Made by a program: the position numbers and the translations under genes
The notes under the pieces: generated by a model
Database searches by the model: none
The model's input: the letters and a program-made list of their open reading frames with translations, nothing else
Told to the model about the DNA's origin: nothing
Shown: one piece after another, positions 37,301 to 50,167 of the stretch
How positions within the stretch are numbered: the stretch's first letter is position 1
How the letters are laid out: the number at the start of each line of letters is the position of its first letter
NCBI GenBank assembly: GCA_030390025.1
Contig: CM059433.1
Location: 1,674,001 to 1,738,000, forward strand
Reading direction: 5' to 3'
Length of the DNA: 64,000 nt
Source of the DNA: Squalus acanthias
Taxonomy: Eukaryota

Positions 37301-40300
37301 GACCTGAGCGAGAGCGGAGCGAGACCTGAGCGAGACCTGAGCGAGAGCGGAGCGAGACCTGAGCGAGACCTGAGCGAGAGCGGAGCGAGAGCGGAGCGAG
37401 AGCGAAGCGAGGCCTGAGCGAGAGCGGAGCGAGACCTGAGCTAGAGTAGAGCGAGAGCAGAGCGAGATTGGAGCGAGAGCGGAGCGAGAGCTGAGCGAGA
37501 GCGGAGCGAGACCTGAGCGAGACCTGAGCGAGAGCGAAGCGAGACCTGAGCGAGACCTGAGCGAGACCTGAGCGAGACCTGAGCGAGAGCGGAGCGAGAC
37601 CTGAGCGAGACCTGAGCGAGATCGGAGCGAGAACTGAGCGAGACCTGAGTGAGAGCGGAGCGAGATCGGAGCGAGAGCGAAGCGAGACCTGAGCGAGAGC
37701 GGAGCGAGACCTGAGCTAGAGTAGAGCGAGAGCAGAGCGAGATTGGAGCGAGAGCGGAGCGAGAGCTGAGCGAGAGCGGAGCGAGACCTGAGCGAGACCT
37801 GAGCGAGACCTGAGCTAGACCTGAGCGAGACCTGAGCGAGACCTGAGCGAGACCTGAGCGAGAGCGGAGCGAGACCTGAGCGAGACCTGAGCAAGATCGG
37901 AGCGAGACCTGAGCAAGACCTGAGCGAGAGCGGAGCGAGATCGGAGCGAGAGTAGAGCAAGAGCGGAGCGAGATTGGAGCGAGAGCGGAGCGAGACCTGA
38001 GCGAGACCTGAGCGAGACCTGAGCTAGACCTGAGCGAGACCGGAGCGAGACCTGAGCGAGACCTGAGCGAGAGCGAAGAGAGACCTGAGCGAGAGCGGAG
38101 CGAGACCTGAGCGAGACCTGAGCGAGACCTGAGCGAGACCTGAGCTAGACCTGAGCGAGACCGGAGCGAGACCTGAGCGAGACCTGAGCGAGAGCGAAGA
38201 GAGACCTGAGCGAGAGCGGAGCGAGACCTGAGCGAGACCTGAGCGAGACCTGAGCTAGACCTGAGCGAGACCGGAGCGAGACCTGAGCGAGACCTGAGCT
38301 AGACCTGAGCGAGACCGGAGCGAGACCTGAGCGAGACCTGAGCGAGAGCGGAGCGAGAGCGAAGAGAGACCTGAGCGAGAGCGGAGCGAGACCTGAGCGA
38401 GAGTAGAGCGAGAGCTGATCGAGAGCGGAGCGAGAGCGGAGCGAGACCTGAGCGAGAGCGGAGCGAGACCTGAGCGAGAGCGGAGCGAGGCCTGAGCGAG
38501 ACCTGAGCGAGACCTGAGCGAGAGCGGAGCGAGAGCGGAGCGAGACCTGAGCGAGACCAGAGCGAGAGCGGAGCGAGACTGAGCGAGACCTGAGCGAGAG
38601 CGGAGCGAGACCTGAGCGAGAGCGGAGCGAGAGCGGAGCGAGACCTGAGCGAGACCTGAGCGAGAGCGGAGCGAGACTGAGCGAGACCTGAGCGAGAGCG
38701 GAGCGAGACCTGAGCGAGACCTGAGCGAGAGCGGAGCGAGACCTGAGCGAGACCTGAGCGAGACCTGAGCTAGACCTGAGCGAGACCTGAGCGAGAGCGG
38801 AGCGAGACCTGAGCGAGACCTGAGCAAGATCGGAGCGAGACCTGAGCGAGACCTGAGCGAGAGCGGAGCGAGATCGGAGCGAGAGCGGAGCGAGAGCGGA
38901 GCGAGAGTGAAGCGAGACCTGAGCGAGAGCGGAGCGAGACCTGAGCGAGAGTAGAGCGAGAGCGGAGCGAGATTGGAGCGAGAGCAGAGCGAGAGCTGAG
39001 CGAGACCTGAGCGAGAGCGGAGCGAGAGACGAGCGAGACCTGAGCGAGAGCGGAGCGAGACCTGAGCGAGAGCGGAGCGAGAGACGAGCGAGACCTGAGC
39101 GAGAGCTGAACGAGACCTGAGCGAGAGCGGAGCGAGAGACGAGCGAGACCTGAGCGAGACCTGAGCGAGACCTGAGCGAGACCTGAGCGAGAGCGGAGCG
39201 AGAGCGGAGCGAGACCTGAGCGAGAGCGGAGCGAGACCTGAGCGTGAGCGGAGCGAGAGCGGAGCGAGACCTGAGCGAGAGCGGAGCGAGAGCGGAGCGA
39301 GACTGAGCGAGACCTGAGCGACAGCGGAGCGAGACTGAGCGAGACCTGAGCGAGAGCGGAGCGAGACTGAGCGAGACCTGAGCGAGAGCGGAGGGAGACC
39401 TGAGCGAGACCAGAGCGAGAGCGGAGCGAGACCTGAGCGAGACCTGAGCGAGACCTGAGCGAGACCTGAGCGAGACCTGAGCGAGAGCGGAGCGAGACCT
39501 GAGCGAGAGTGGAGCGAGAGCGGAGCGAGATCGGAGCGAGAGCAGAGCGAGACCTGAGCGAGAGTAGAGCGAGAGCGGAGCGAGACCTGAGCGAGAGTGG
39601 AGCGAGAGCGGAGCGAGACCTGAGCGAGAACGTAGCGAGAGCGAAGCGAGACCTGAGCGAGACCTGAGCGAGAGCGAAGCGAGACATGAGCGAGACCGGA
39701 GCGAGAGCGGAGCGAGAGCTGAGCGAGACCTGAGCGAGAGCAGAGCGAGACCTGCGCGAGAGCGGAGCGAGACCTGAGCGAGAGTGGAGCGAGACCTGAG
39801 CGATACCTGAGCGAGAGCGGAGCGACAGCGGAGCGAGACCTGAGCGAGAGCGCAGCGAGACCTGAGCGAGACCTGAGCGAGAGCGAAGCGAGACATGAGC
39901 GAGACCGGAGCGAGAGCGGAGCGAGAGCTGAGCGAGACCTGAGCGAGAGCAGAGCGAGACCTGCGCGAGAGCGGAGCGAGACCTGAGCGAGAGTGGAGCG
40001 AGACCTGAGCGAGACCTGAGCGAGAGCGGAGCGACAGCGGAGCGAGACCTGAGCGAGAGCGCAGCGAGACCTGAGCGAGAGCGGAGCGAGAGCTGAGCGA
40101 GACCTGAGCGAGAGCGCAGCGAGACCTGAGCGAGAGCGGAGCGAGAGCTGAGCGAGACCTGAGCGAGAGCGGAGCGAGAGCGGAGCGAGACTGAGCGAGA
40201 CCTGAGCGAGAGCGGAGCGAGACCTGAGCGAGACCTGAGCGAGAGCGGAGCGACAGCGGAGCGAGACCTGAGCGAGAGCGAAGCGAGACCTGAGCGAGAG

Positions 40301-43300
40301 CGGAGCGAGACTGAGCGAGACCTGAGCGAGACCTGAGCTAGACCTGAGCGAGACCTGAGCGAGAGCGGAGCGAGACCTGAGCGAGACCTGAGCAAGATCG
40401 GAGCGAGACCTGAGCGAGACCTGAGCGAGAGCGGAACGAGACCTGAGCGAGAGCGGAGCGAGACCTCAGCGAGACCTGAGCTAGACCTGAGCGAGACCTG
40501 AGCGAGAGCGGAGCGAGACCTGAGCGAGAGCGAAGCGAGACCTGAGCAAGAGCGGAGCGAGAGCGGAGCGAGACCTGAGCGAGACCTGAGCGAGAGCGGA
40601 GCGAGAGCTGAGCGAGACCTGAGCGAGACCTGAGCTAGACCTGAGCGAGACCTGAGCGAGAGCGGAGCGAGACCTGAGCGAGACCTGAGCAAGATCGGAG
40701 CGAGAGCGGAGCGAGAGCGGAGCGAGAGCGAAGCGAGACCTGAGCGAGAGCGGAGCGAGACCTGAGCGAGAGCGGAGCGAGACCTGAGCGAGACCTGAGC
40801 GAGACCTGAGCGAGAGCGGAGCGAGATCGGAGCGAGAGCGCAGCGAGAGCGGAGCGAGAGCGAAGCGAGACCTGAGCGAGAGCGGAGCGAGACCTGAGCG
40901 AGAGTAGAGCGAGAGCGGAGCGAGATTGGAGCGAGAGCGGAGCGAGAGCTGAGCGAGAGCGGAGCGAGACCTGAGCGAGAGCGGAACGAGACCTGAGCGA
41001 GAGCGGAGCGAGACCTCAGCGAGACCTGAGCGAGAGCAGAGCGACAGCGGAGCGAGACCTCAGCGAGACCTGAGAGAGACCTGAGCGAGATCGGAGCGAG
41101 ACCTGAGCGAGAGCGGAGCGAGAGCGGAGCGAGACCTGAGCGAGACCTGAGCGAGAGCGGAGCGAGACTGAGCGAGACCTGAGCGAGAGCGGAGCGAGAC
41201 CTGAGCGAGACCTGAGCGAGAGCGGAGCGAGACCTGAGCGAGACCTGAGCGAGACCTGAGCTAGACCTGAGCGAGATCTGAGCGAGAGCGGAGCGAGACC
41301 TGAGCAAGATCGGAGCGAGAACTGAGCGAGACCTGAGCGAGAGCGGAGCGAGAGCGGAGCGAGAGCGGAGCGAGAGCGAAGCGAGACCTGAGCGAGAGCG
41401 GAGCGAGACCTGAGCGAGAGTAGAGCGAGAGCGGAGCGAGATTGGAGCGAGAGCGGAGCGAGAGCTGAGCGAGACCTGAGCGAGACCTGAGCTAGACCTG
41501 AGCGAGAATTGAGCGAGACCTGAGCAAGATCGGAGCGAGACCTGAGCGAGACCTGAGCGAGAGCGAAGCGAGACCTGAGCGAGAGCGGAGCGAGACCTGA
41601 GCGAGAGTAGAGCGAGACCTGAGCGAGACCTGAGCTAGACTTAAGCGAGACCGGAGCGAGACCGGAGCGAGACCTGAGCGAGACCTGAGCGAGAGCGGAG
41701 CGAGACCTGAGCGAGACCTGAGCAAGATCGGAGCGAGACCTGAACGAGACCTGAGCGAGAGCGGAGCGAGATCGGAGCGAGAGCGGAGCGAGACCTGAGC
41801 GAGAGTGGAGCGAGAGCGGAGCGAGATCGGAGCGAGACCTGAGCGAGAGCGGAGCGAGACCTGAGCGAGAGCGGAGCGAGACCTGAGCGCGAGCGGAGCG
41901 AGGCCTGAGCGAGACCTGAGCGAGACCTGAGCGAGAGCAGAGCGAGAGCAGAGCGAGAGCGGAGTGAGACCTGAGCGAGAGCGGAGCGAGACCTGAGAGA
42001 GACCTGAGCGAGAGCGGAGCGAGACTGAGCGAGACCTGTGCGAGAGCGGAGCGAGACCTGAGCGAGACCTGAGCGAGAGCGGAGCGAGACCTGAGCGAGA
42101 GCGGAGCGAGACCTGAGCTAGACCTGAGCGAGACCTGAGCGAGACCTGAGCGAGAGCGGAGCGAAACCTGAGCGAGACCTGAGCAAGATCGGAGCGAGAC
42201 CTGAGCGAGACCTGAGCGAGAGCGGAGCGAGAGCGGAGCGAGACCTGAGCAAGATCGGAGCGAGAACTGAGCGAGACCTGAGCGAGAGCGGAGCGAGATT
42301 GGAGCGAGAGCGGAGCGAGAGATGAGCGAGACCTGAGCGAGAGCGGAGCGAGAGACTGAGCGAGACCTGAGCGAGAGCGGAGCGAGACCTGAGCGAGATC
42401 GGAGCGAGAGCGGAGCGAGACCTGAGCGAGAGTAGAGCGAGAGCGGAGCGAGACCTGAGCGAGAGTGGAGCGAGAGCGGAGCGAGAGCGGAGCGAGACCT
42501 GAGCGAGACCTGAGCGAGAGCGTAGCGAGAGCGTAGCGAGACCTGAGCGAGACCTGAGCGAGAGCGAAGCGAGACCTGAGCGAGACCTGAGCGAGAGCGG
42601 AGCGAGACCTGAGCGAGAGCGGAGCGAGACCTGAGCGAGAGCGGAGCGAGACCTGAGCGAGAGCGGAGCGAGACCTGAGCGAGAGCGGAGCGAGACCTGA
42701 GCGAGAGCGGAGCGAGACCTGAGCGAGACCTGAGCGAGAGTGGAGCGAGAGCGGAGCGAGATTGGAGCGAGAGCGGAGCGAGACCTGAGCGAGAGTGGAG
42801 CGAGACCTGAGCGAGACCTGAGCGAGAGTGGAGCGAGACCTGAGCGAGAGTGGAGCGAGACCTGAGCGAGAGTGGAGCGAGAGCGGAGCGAGATTGGAGC
42901 GAGAGCGGAGCGAGACCTGAGCGAGACCTGAGCGAGACCTGAGCTAGACCTGAGCGAGACCGGAGCGAGACCTGAGCGAGACCTGAGCGAGAGCGAAGAG
43001 AGACCTGAGCGAGAGCGGAGCGAGACCTGAGCGAGACCTGAGCGAGACCTGAGCGAGACCTGAGCGAGACCGGAGCGAGACCTGAGCGAGACCTGAGCGA
43101 GACCTGAGCGAGACCGGAGCGAGACCTGAGCGAGACCTGAGCGAGAGCGGAGCGAGAGCGAAGCGAGACCTGAGCGAGAGCGGAGCGAGACCTGAGCGAG
43201 AGTAGAGCGAGAGCTGAGCGAGAGCGGAGCGAGAGCGGAGCGAGACCTGAGCGAGAGCGGAGCGAGACCTGAGCGAGAGCGGAGCGAGGCCTGAGCGAGA

Positions 43301-46300
43301 CCTGAGCGAGACCTGAGCGAGAGCGGAGCGAGAGCGGAGCGAGACCTGAGCGAGACCAGAGCGAGAGCGGAGCGAGACTGAGCGAGACCTGAGCGAGAGC
43401 GGAGCGAGACCTGAGCGAGAGCGGAGCGAGAGCGGAGCGAGACCTGAGCGAGACCTGAGCGAGAGCGGAGCGAGACTGAGCGAGACCTGAGCGAGAGCGG
43501 AGCGAGACCTGAGCGAGACCTGAGCGAGAGCGGAGCGAGACCTGAGCGAGACCTGAGCGAGACCTGAGCGAGACCTGAGCGAGACCTGAGCGAGAGCGGA
43601 GCGAGACCTGAGCGAGACCTGAGCAAGATCGGAGCGAGACCTGAGCGAGACCTGAGCGAGAGCGGAGCGAGATCGGAGCGAGAGCGGAGCGAGAGCGGAG
43701 CGAGAGTGAAGCAGACCTGAGCGAGAGCGGAGCGAGACCTGAGCGAGAGTAGAGCGAGACGAGCGAGATTGGAGCGAGAGTCAGTAGCGAGAGCTAGCGA
43801 GACCTGAGCGAGAGCGGAGCGAGAGAACGAGCGAGACCTGAGCAGAGCGGTGCGAGATCTGAGCGAGAGCGGAGGCGCGAGATTGAGCGCGACCTGAGCG
43901 AGAGCTAACGAAACCTGAGGAGAGCGGAGCGAAGACGAGCGAGACCTGACGAGACCTGTGCGAGACCGGAGCGAAGACCTGAGGGGCGAGAGCGGACGAG
44001 AGCGGAGCGAACCTAGCGAGACGGAGCGAGACCTTGAGCGTGAGCGGAGCGAGAGCGTAGCGAAGACCTGAGCGAGAGCGGAGGCGAGAGTCGGAGCGAG
44101 ACTGAGCGAGACCTGAGCGAGAGCGGAGCGAGACTGAGCGAGACCTGAGCGAGAGCGGAGCGAGACTGAGCGAGACCTGAGCGAGAGCGGAGGGAGACCT
44201 GAGCGAGACCAGAGCGAGAGCGGAGCGAGACCTGAGCGAGACCTGAGCGAGACCTGAGCGAGACCTGAGCGAGAGCGGAGCGAGACCTGAGCGAGAGTGG
44301 AGCGAGAGCGGAGCGAGATCGGAGCGAGAGCAGAGCGAGACCTGAGCGAGAGTAGAGCGAGAGCGGAGCGAGACCTGAGCGAGAGTGGAGCGAGAGCGGA
44401 GCGAGAGCGGAGCGAGACCTGAGCGAGACCTGAGCGAGACCTGAGCGAGAGCGTAGCGAGAGCGTAGCGAGACCTGAGCGAGACCTGAGCGAGAGCGGAG
44501 CGAGACCTGAGCGAGACCTGAGCGAGAGCGGAGCGAGAGCTGAGCGAGACCTGAGCGAGAGCGGAGCGAGACCTGAGCGAGAGCGGAGCGAGACCTGAGC
44601 GAGAGCGGAGCGAGACCTGAGCGAGAGCGGAGCGAGACCTGAGCGAGACTGAGCGAGACCTGAGCGAGAGCGGAGCGAGACCTGAGCGAGAGCGGAGGGG
44701 CGAGAGCGGAGCGAGACCTGAGCGAGAGCGCAGCGAGACCTGAGGCGTGAGACGGCTGGAGCTGACGAGACCTTAGCGGAGAGCGGAGCGAGAGCTGAGC
44801 GAGACCTGAGCGAGAGCGGAGCGAGACCTGAGCGAGACCTTCGAGCGAGAGCGGAGCGAGAGCGGAGCGAGAGCGGAGCGAGACTTAGCAGGAGCGGAGC
44901 GAGTCCTGAGCGAGAGGCGGAGCGAGACCTGAGCGAGAGAGCCCTGAGCGAGAACCGAGCTAGACCTGAGCGAGACCGGAGCGAGAGCGGAGCGAGACCT
45001 GAGCGAGACCTGAGCAAGAGCGGAGCGAGACCTGAGCGAGACCTGAGCGAGAGCGGAGCGAGACCTGAGCGAGAGCGGAGCGAGAGCGGAGCGAGATCGG
45101 AGCGAGAGCGGAGCGAGACCTGAGCGAGAGCGGAGCGAGAGCCGGAGCGAGAGCGGACGGCGAGACATGAGCGAGAGAGGAGCGAGAGCGAGCGAGTGCG
45201 TGAGCGAGACCTGAGCGAGAGCGGAGCGAGAGCTGAGCGAGACCTGAGCGAGACCTGAGCTAGACCTGAGCGAGACCTGAGCGAGAGCGGAGCGAGACCT
45301 GAGCGAGACCTGAGCGAGATCGGAGCGAGACCTGAGCGAGACCTGAGCGAGAGCGGAACGAGACCTGAGCGAGAGCGGAGCGAGACCTCAGCGAGACCTG
45401 AGCTAGACCTGAGCGAGACCTGAGCGAGAGCGGAGCGAGACCTGAGCGAGAGCGAAGCGAGACCTGAGCGAGAGCGGAGCGAGAGCGGAGCGAGACCTGA
45501 GCGAGACCTGAGCGAGAGCGGAGCGAGAGCTGAGCGAGACCTGAGCGAGACCTGAGCGAGACCTGAGCGAGACCTGAGCGAGAGCGGAGCGAGACCTGAG
45601 CGAGACCTGAGCAAGATCGGAGCGAGAGCGGAGCGAGAGCGGAGCGAGAGCGAAGCGAGACCTGAGCGAGAGCGGAGCGAGACCTGAGCGAGAGCGGAGC
45701 GAGACCTGAGCGAGACCTGAGCGAGACCTGAGCGAGAGCGGAGCGAGAGCGAGCGAGAGCGGAGCGATAGCGGAGCGAGAGCGAAGCGAGACCTGAGCGA
45801 GAGCTGAGCGAGACCTGAGCGAGAGTAGAGCGAGAGCGGAGCGAGATTGGAGCGAGAGCGGAGCGAGACCTGAGCGAGAGCGGAGCGAGAGACGAGCGCA
45901 GACCTGAGCGAGAGCGGAGCGAGACCTGAGCGAGAGCGGAGCGGAGAGACGAGGCGAGACCTGAGCGAGAGCTGAACGAGACCTGAGCGAGAGCGGAGCG
46001 AGAGACGAGCGAGACCTGAGCGAGACCTGAGCGAGAGCGTAGCGAGAGCGGAGCGAGAGCGCGTGACTGAGGAGACGGTAGCGAGACCTGAGCGTGAGCG
46101 GAGCGAGAGCGGAGCGAGACTGAGCGAGGAGCGGACCGAGACTGAGCGAGACCTGAGCGAGGAGCGGAGCGAGAGCGGGAGCGAGACTGAGCGAGACCTG
46201 AGCGGAGAGCGGAGCGAGACTGAGCGAGACCTGAGCGAGAGCGGAGGGAGACCTGAGCGAGACGCAGAGCGAGAGCGGAGCGAGACCTGGAGCGAGACCA

Positions 46301-48105
46301 GAGCGAGACCTGAGCGAGAGCGGCGTGAGCGTAGCGAGACCTAGCGATAGCGGAGCGAGAGCGGAAGCGAGACCTGAGCAAGAGCCTGAAGCGAGACCAG
46401 AGCGAGAGTAGAGCGAGAGCGGAGCGAGATTGGAAGCGAGAGCGGAGCGAGACCTGAGCGAGAGCGGAGCGAGAGACGAGCTAGACCTGAGTCGAGAGCG
46501 AGCGAGACCTGAGCGAGAGCGAGAGCGAGAGACAGCGAGACCTGAGCGAGAGTTGAACAGACCTAGCAGAGAGCGGAGCGAGAGACGATCGAGACCAGAG
46601 CGAGACCTGAGCGAGAGCGGAGCGAGAGCGGAGCGAGACCTAGCGAGAGCGGAGCGAGACCTGAGCGTGAGCGGAGCGAGAGCGAGCAGACCTGAGCGAG
46701 AGCGGACCGGACTGAGCCGAGAACCTTAGCGAGAGCGAGCGAGAGCGAGCGAACTGAGCGGCCTGAGCGTGAGCGAGCGAGCTGAGCGAGACCTGAGCGA
46801 GAGCGGAGGAGACCTGAGGCGAGACCAGAGCGAAGCGGAGCGTTGACTGAGCGAGACCTGAGGCGAGACCTGAGCGAGACCTGAGAGGAAGAGCGGAGCG
46901 AGACCTGAGCGAGAGTGGAGCGAGAGCGAGCGAGATCGAGCGAGAGCGGAGCGAGAGCTGAGCGAGAGCGGAGCGAGAGCGAGCAGACCTGAGGCGAGTG
47001 CGGAGCGAGACCTGAGCGAGAGCGGAGCGAGCGCTGAGCGAGACCTGAGCGACACCTGAGCGAGACCTGAGTCGAGAGCGGACGAGAGCGAACGCGACCT
47101 GAGCGAGACCAAGAGCGAGAGCGCAGGCGAGACTGAGCGAGACCTAGCGAAGCGGAGCGAGACCTGAGCGAGAGCGGAGCGAGGACGGAGCGGACTGAGC
47201 GAGACCTGAGCGAGACGGAGCGTGACGGGGACGAGACCTGAGCGAGACCTTAGCGAGAGCGAGCGAACCTGAGCGAGACCTGAGCGAGAGCGACGAGATC
47301 TGAGCGATGCGGAGCGCAGACGAGCGAGACCTGAGCGAGAGCTGACGAGACTGAGCGTGAGCGGAGCAGAGACCGAGCGAGACCAGAGCGCGACCTGAGC
47401 GAGACCTAGCGAGAGCGAGCGAGACTGAGCGAGAGCGAGCGAGACCTGAGCGTTGAGCGGAGCGAGATGCGGTAGCGAGACCTGTGCGAGAGCGGAGCGC
47501 GCGCGAGCGAGAGCGAGCGAGAGCGGAGCGAGACCTGAGCGAGAGCGGAGCGAGAGACGAGCGAGACCTGAGCGAGAGCGGAGCGAGACCTGAGCGAGAT
47601 CGGAGCGAGAGCGGAGCGAGACCTGAGCGAGAGTAGAGCGAGAGCGGAGCGAGACCTGAGCGAGAGTGGAGCGAGAGCGGAGCGAGAGCGGAGCGAGACC
47701 TGAGCGAGACCTGAGCGAGAGCGTAGCGAGAGCGTAGCGAGACCTGAGCGAGACCTGAGCGAGAGCGAAGCGAGACCTGAGCGAGACCTGAGCGAGAGCG
47801 GAGCGAGACCTGAGCGAGAGCGGAGCGAGACCTGAGCGAGAGCGGAGCGAGACCTGAGCGAGAGCGGAGCGAGACCTGAGCGAGAGCGGAGCGAGACCTG
47901 AGCGAGAGCGGAGCGAGACCTGAGCGAGACCTGAGCGAGAGTGGAGCGAGAGCGGAGCGAGATTGGAGCGAGAGCGGAGCGAGACCTGAGCGAGAGTGGA
48001 GCGAGACCTGAGCGAGACCTGAGCGAGAGCGGAGCGAGACCTGAGCGAGAGCTGAGCGAGACCTGAGCGAGAGCGGAGCGAGACCTGAGCGAGACTGAGC
48101 GAGAG
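25342..48105 (+). repeat. Large satellite array of 11-bp monomers (GAGCGAGACCT and GAGCGAGAGCG plus rare variants), ~2,070 units, truncated by an assembly gap
   Basis: Direct reading; 11-aa periodicity (SRSGLAQVSLR = 3 monomers) in the minus-strand ORFs; unit count is length divided by 11. Confidence 0.98.
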
Positions 48106-48605
48106 NNNNNNNNNNNNNNNNNNNNNNNNNNNNNNNNNNNNNNNNNNNNNNNNNNNNNNNNNNNNNNNNNNNNNNNNNNNNNNNNNNNNNNNNNNNNNNN
48201 NNNNNNNNNNNNNNNNNNNNNNNNNNNNNNNNNNNNNNNNNNNNNNNNNNNNNNNNNNNNNNNNNNNNNNNNNNNNNNNNNNNNNNNNNNNNNNNNNNNN
48301 NNNNNNNNNNNNNNNNNNNNNNNNNNNNNNNNNNNNNNNNNNNNNNNNNNNNNNNNNNNNNNNNNNNNNNNNNNNNNNNNNNNNNNNNNNNNNNNNNNNN
48401 NNNNNNNNNNNNNNNNNNNNNNNNNNNNNNNNNNNNNNNNNNNNNNNNNNNNNNNNNNNNNNNNNNNNNNNNNNNNNNNNNNNNNNNNNNNNNNNNNNNN
48501 NNNNNNNNNNNNNNNNNNNNNNNNNNNNNNNNNNNNNNNNNNNNNNNNNNNNNNNNNNNNNNNNNNNNNNNNNNNNNNNNNNNNNNNNNNNNNNNNNNNN
48601 NNNNN
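48106..48605. other. Assembly gap (500 N)
   Basis: Run of N. Confidence 1.
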
Positions 48606-49029
48606 CCCACAACCCCAACCCCAACCCCACAACCCCAACCCCACAACCCCAACCCCACAACCCCAGCCCCACAACCCCAACCCCACAACCCCAGCCCCAC
48701 AACCCCAACCCCACAACCCCAGCCCCAACCCCACAACCCCAGCCCCACAACCCCAACCCCACAACCCCAGCCCTACAACCCCAACCCCAGCACCCCAGCC
48801 CCACAACCCCAACCCCAGCCCCACAACCCCAACCCCACAACCCCAGCCCCACAACCCCAACCCCACAACCCCAGCACCCCAGCCCCACAACCCCAACCCC
48901 ACAACCCCAGCCCCACAACCCCAACCCCACAACCCCAACCCCAGCACCCCAGCCCCACAACCCCAACCCCAGCCCCACAACCCCAGCCCCACAACCCCAG
49001 CCCCACAACCCCAGCCCCACAACCCCAGC
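48606..49029 (+). repeat. C-rich ~14-bp tandem repeat (ccccacaaccccaa/g)n, truncated by the gap
   Basis: Direct reading; minus strand is (GGGGTTGTGGGGYT)n. Confidence 0.95.
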
Positions 49030-49180
49030 ACTGGCAGTGAGAAATCGACCCGACTGACTTGAAAACATTGCTCATGTTGGTTATTAGTTGACGATTGATG
49101 AGTAAATTATGTTTAGTATGCGCATGCTTAACTGCTGTTAGAATCCAAAGATTTTGGGTATCGTAAGGGAGATATTTCCC

Positions 49181-50167
49181 GGGGGGGAACTTTAACCCCC
49201 AAAAAATGGGTGGGTTGGGGCCGGGATTCAGTTTTTTAGCACTAACTTCCCACCCGACCCCAACCCGCCTCCAACCCGCCCACTTCCGGTATTAACGGAG
49301 GTGGGACGGGGGTGGGGGGGGGGGGGAGGGGGGGCAGCCAACCTGCTCCCAGGAGGCGGGTCGCCCATTTAAATATTATAATGAGGCTGGCGTGCCTCAG
49401 ATTGAATCAGCATTTCAAATTTAACTGTGGCTGGTCGGGTTTCACAGGCCTCGGGAAACCTGACAGCTAATGGAAGGCGAGGACTGCTGGATCCAGGAGG
49501 TGAGTGTCTTTTCACTTACCTCCCTGATCTAGTGTCCCTGGCTAGCCCACCCCTCATGATCGGAGAGCCCCAACGAGGCCTCCGGCACCCCCACTCCCCC
49601 TCTGGCTCCGACCCCCCCCCCTCCCCAAGGCCTCTGATCACACTCCCGGTCTTCTCCCCCCCCAACCAATAGTCTTCAGGCCAGCCCCCGGTCTTCTCTC
49701 CCTCTTCCTTGCCGATCATCCTCCGGCCCCCGATACTCTCTCCCTCCCCCCCCCACTGACCCGACTCCAGCCCTGATGTTCTCTCCCTCCCCCCCCCACC
49801 GACCCGACTCCAGCCCCGATGTTCTCTCCCTCCCCCCCCCACCGACCCGACTCCAGCCCTGATGTTCTCTCCCTCCCCCCCCCACCGACCCGACTCCAGC
49901 CCCGATGTTCTCTCCCTCCGCCCCGATGCATCTCCGGCCCCCGACCACCCCCCTGGCTCCCACCTGATCCCTCCCTCCCTCCTCTCTGCGGTCTAGTGCC
50001 ACAGCCCTGCCTGTCCGCAGCCAGCCAGCCTCTCCATCTGGCTGGCTGTGGGCGGGAAACAGAGGTTTCAAATGCAAAACAGGCCCAGCCGTTTAGTTCT
50101 CCCGGGTTTCCTGACTGCTTCCTAGCCCCACCACTCCAAACCTGCCCCTGATTGAAATTCCGGCCCC
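49181..50167. mobile_element. Decayed TIR element containing a 43-bp tandem repeat
   Basis: Ends gggggggaactttaac / ttgaaattccggcccc; GC-rich subtermini as in the other elements. Confidence 0.55.
49727..49919 (+). repeat. 43-bp tandem repeat, ~4.5 copies
   Basis: 'ccgactccagcc' at 49761, 49804, 49847 and 49890. Confidence 0.9.

Noticed and set aside
25295..48105. Many long Ser/Arg/Leu/Ala-rich minus-strand ORFs (up to 845 aa) resembling SR proteins
   Set aside because: They are translations of the 11-bp satellite, whose A-poor minus strand rarely forms stop codons; all frames give the same cyclic peptide
46726..49075. ORFs spanning the N run
   Set aside because: Artefacts of translating through an assembly gap and two repeats
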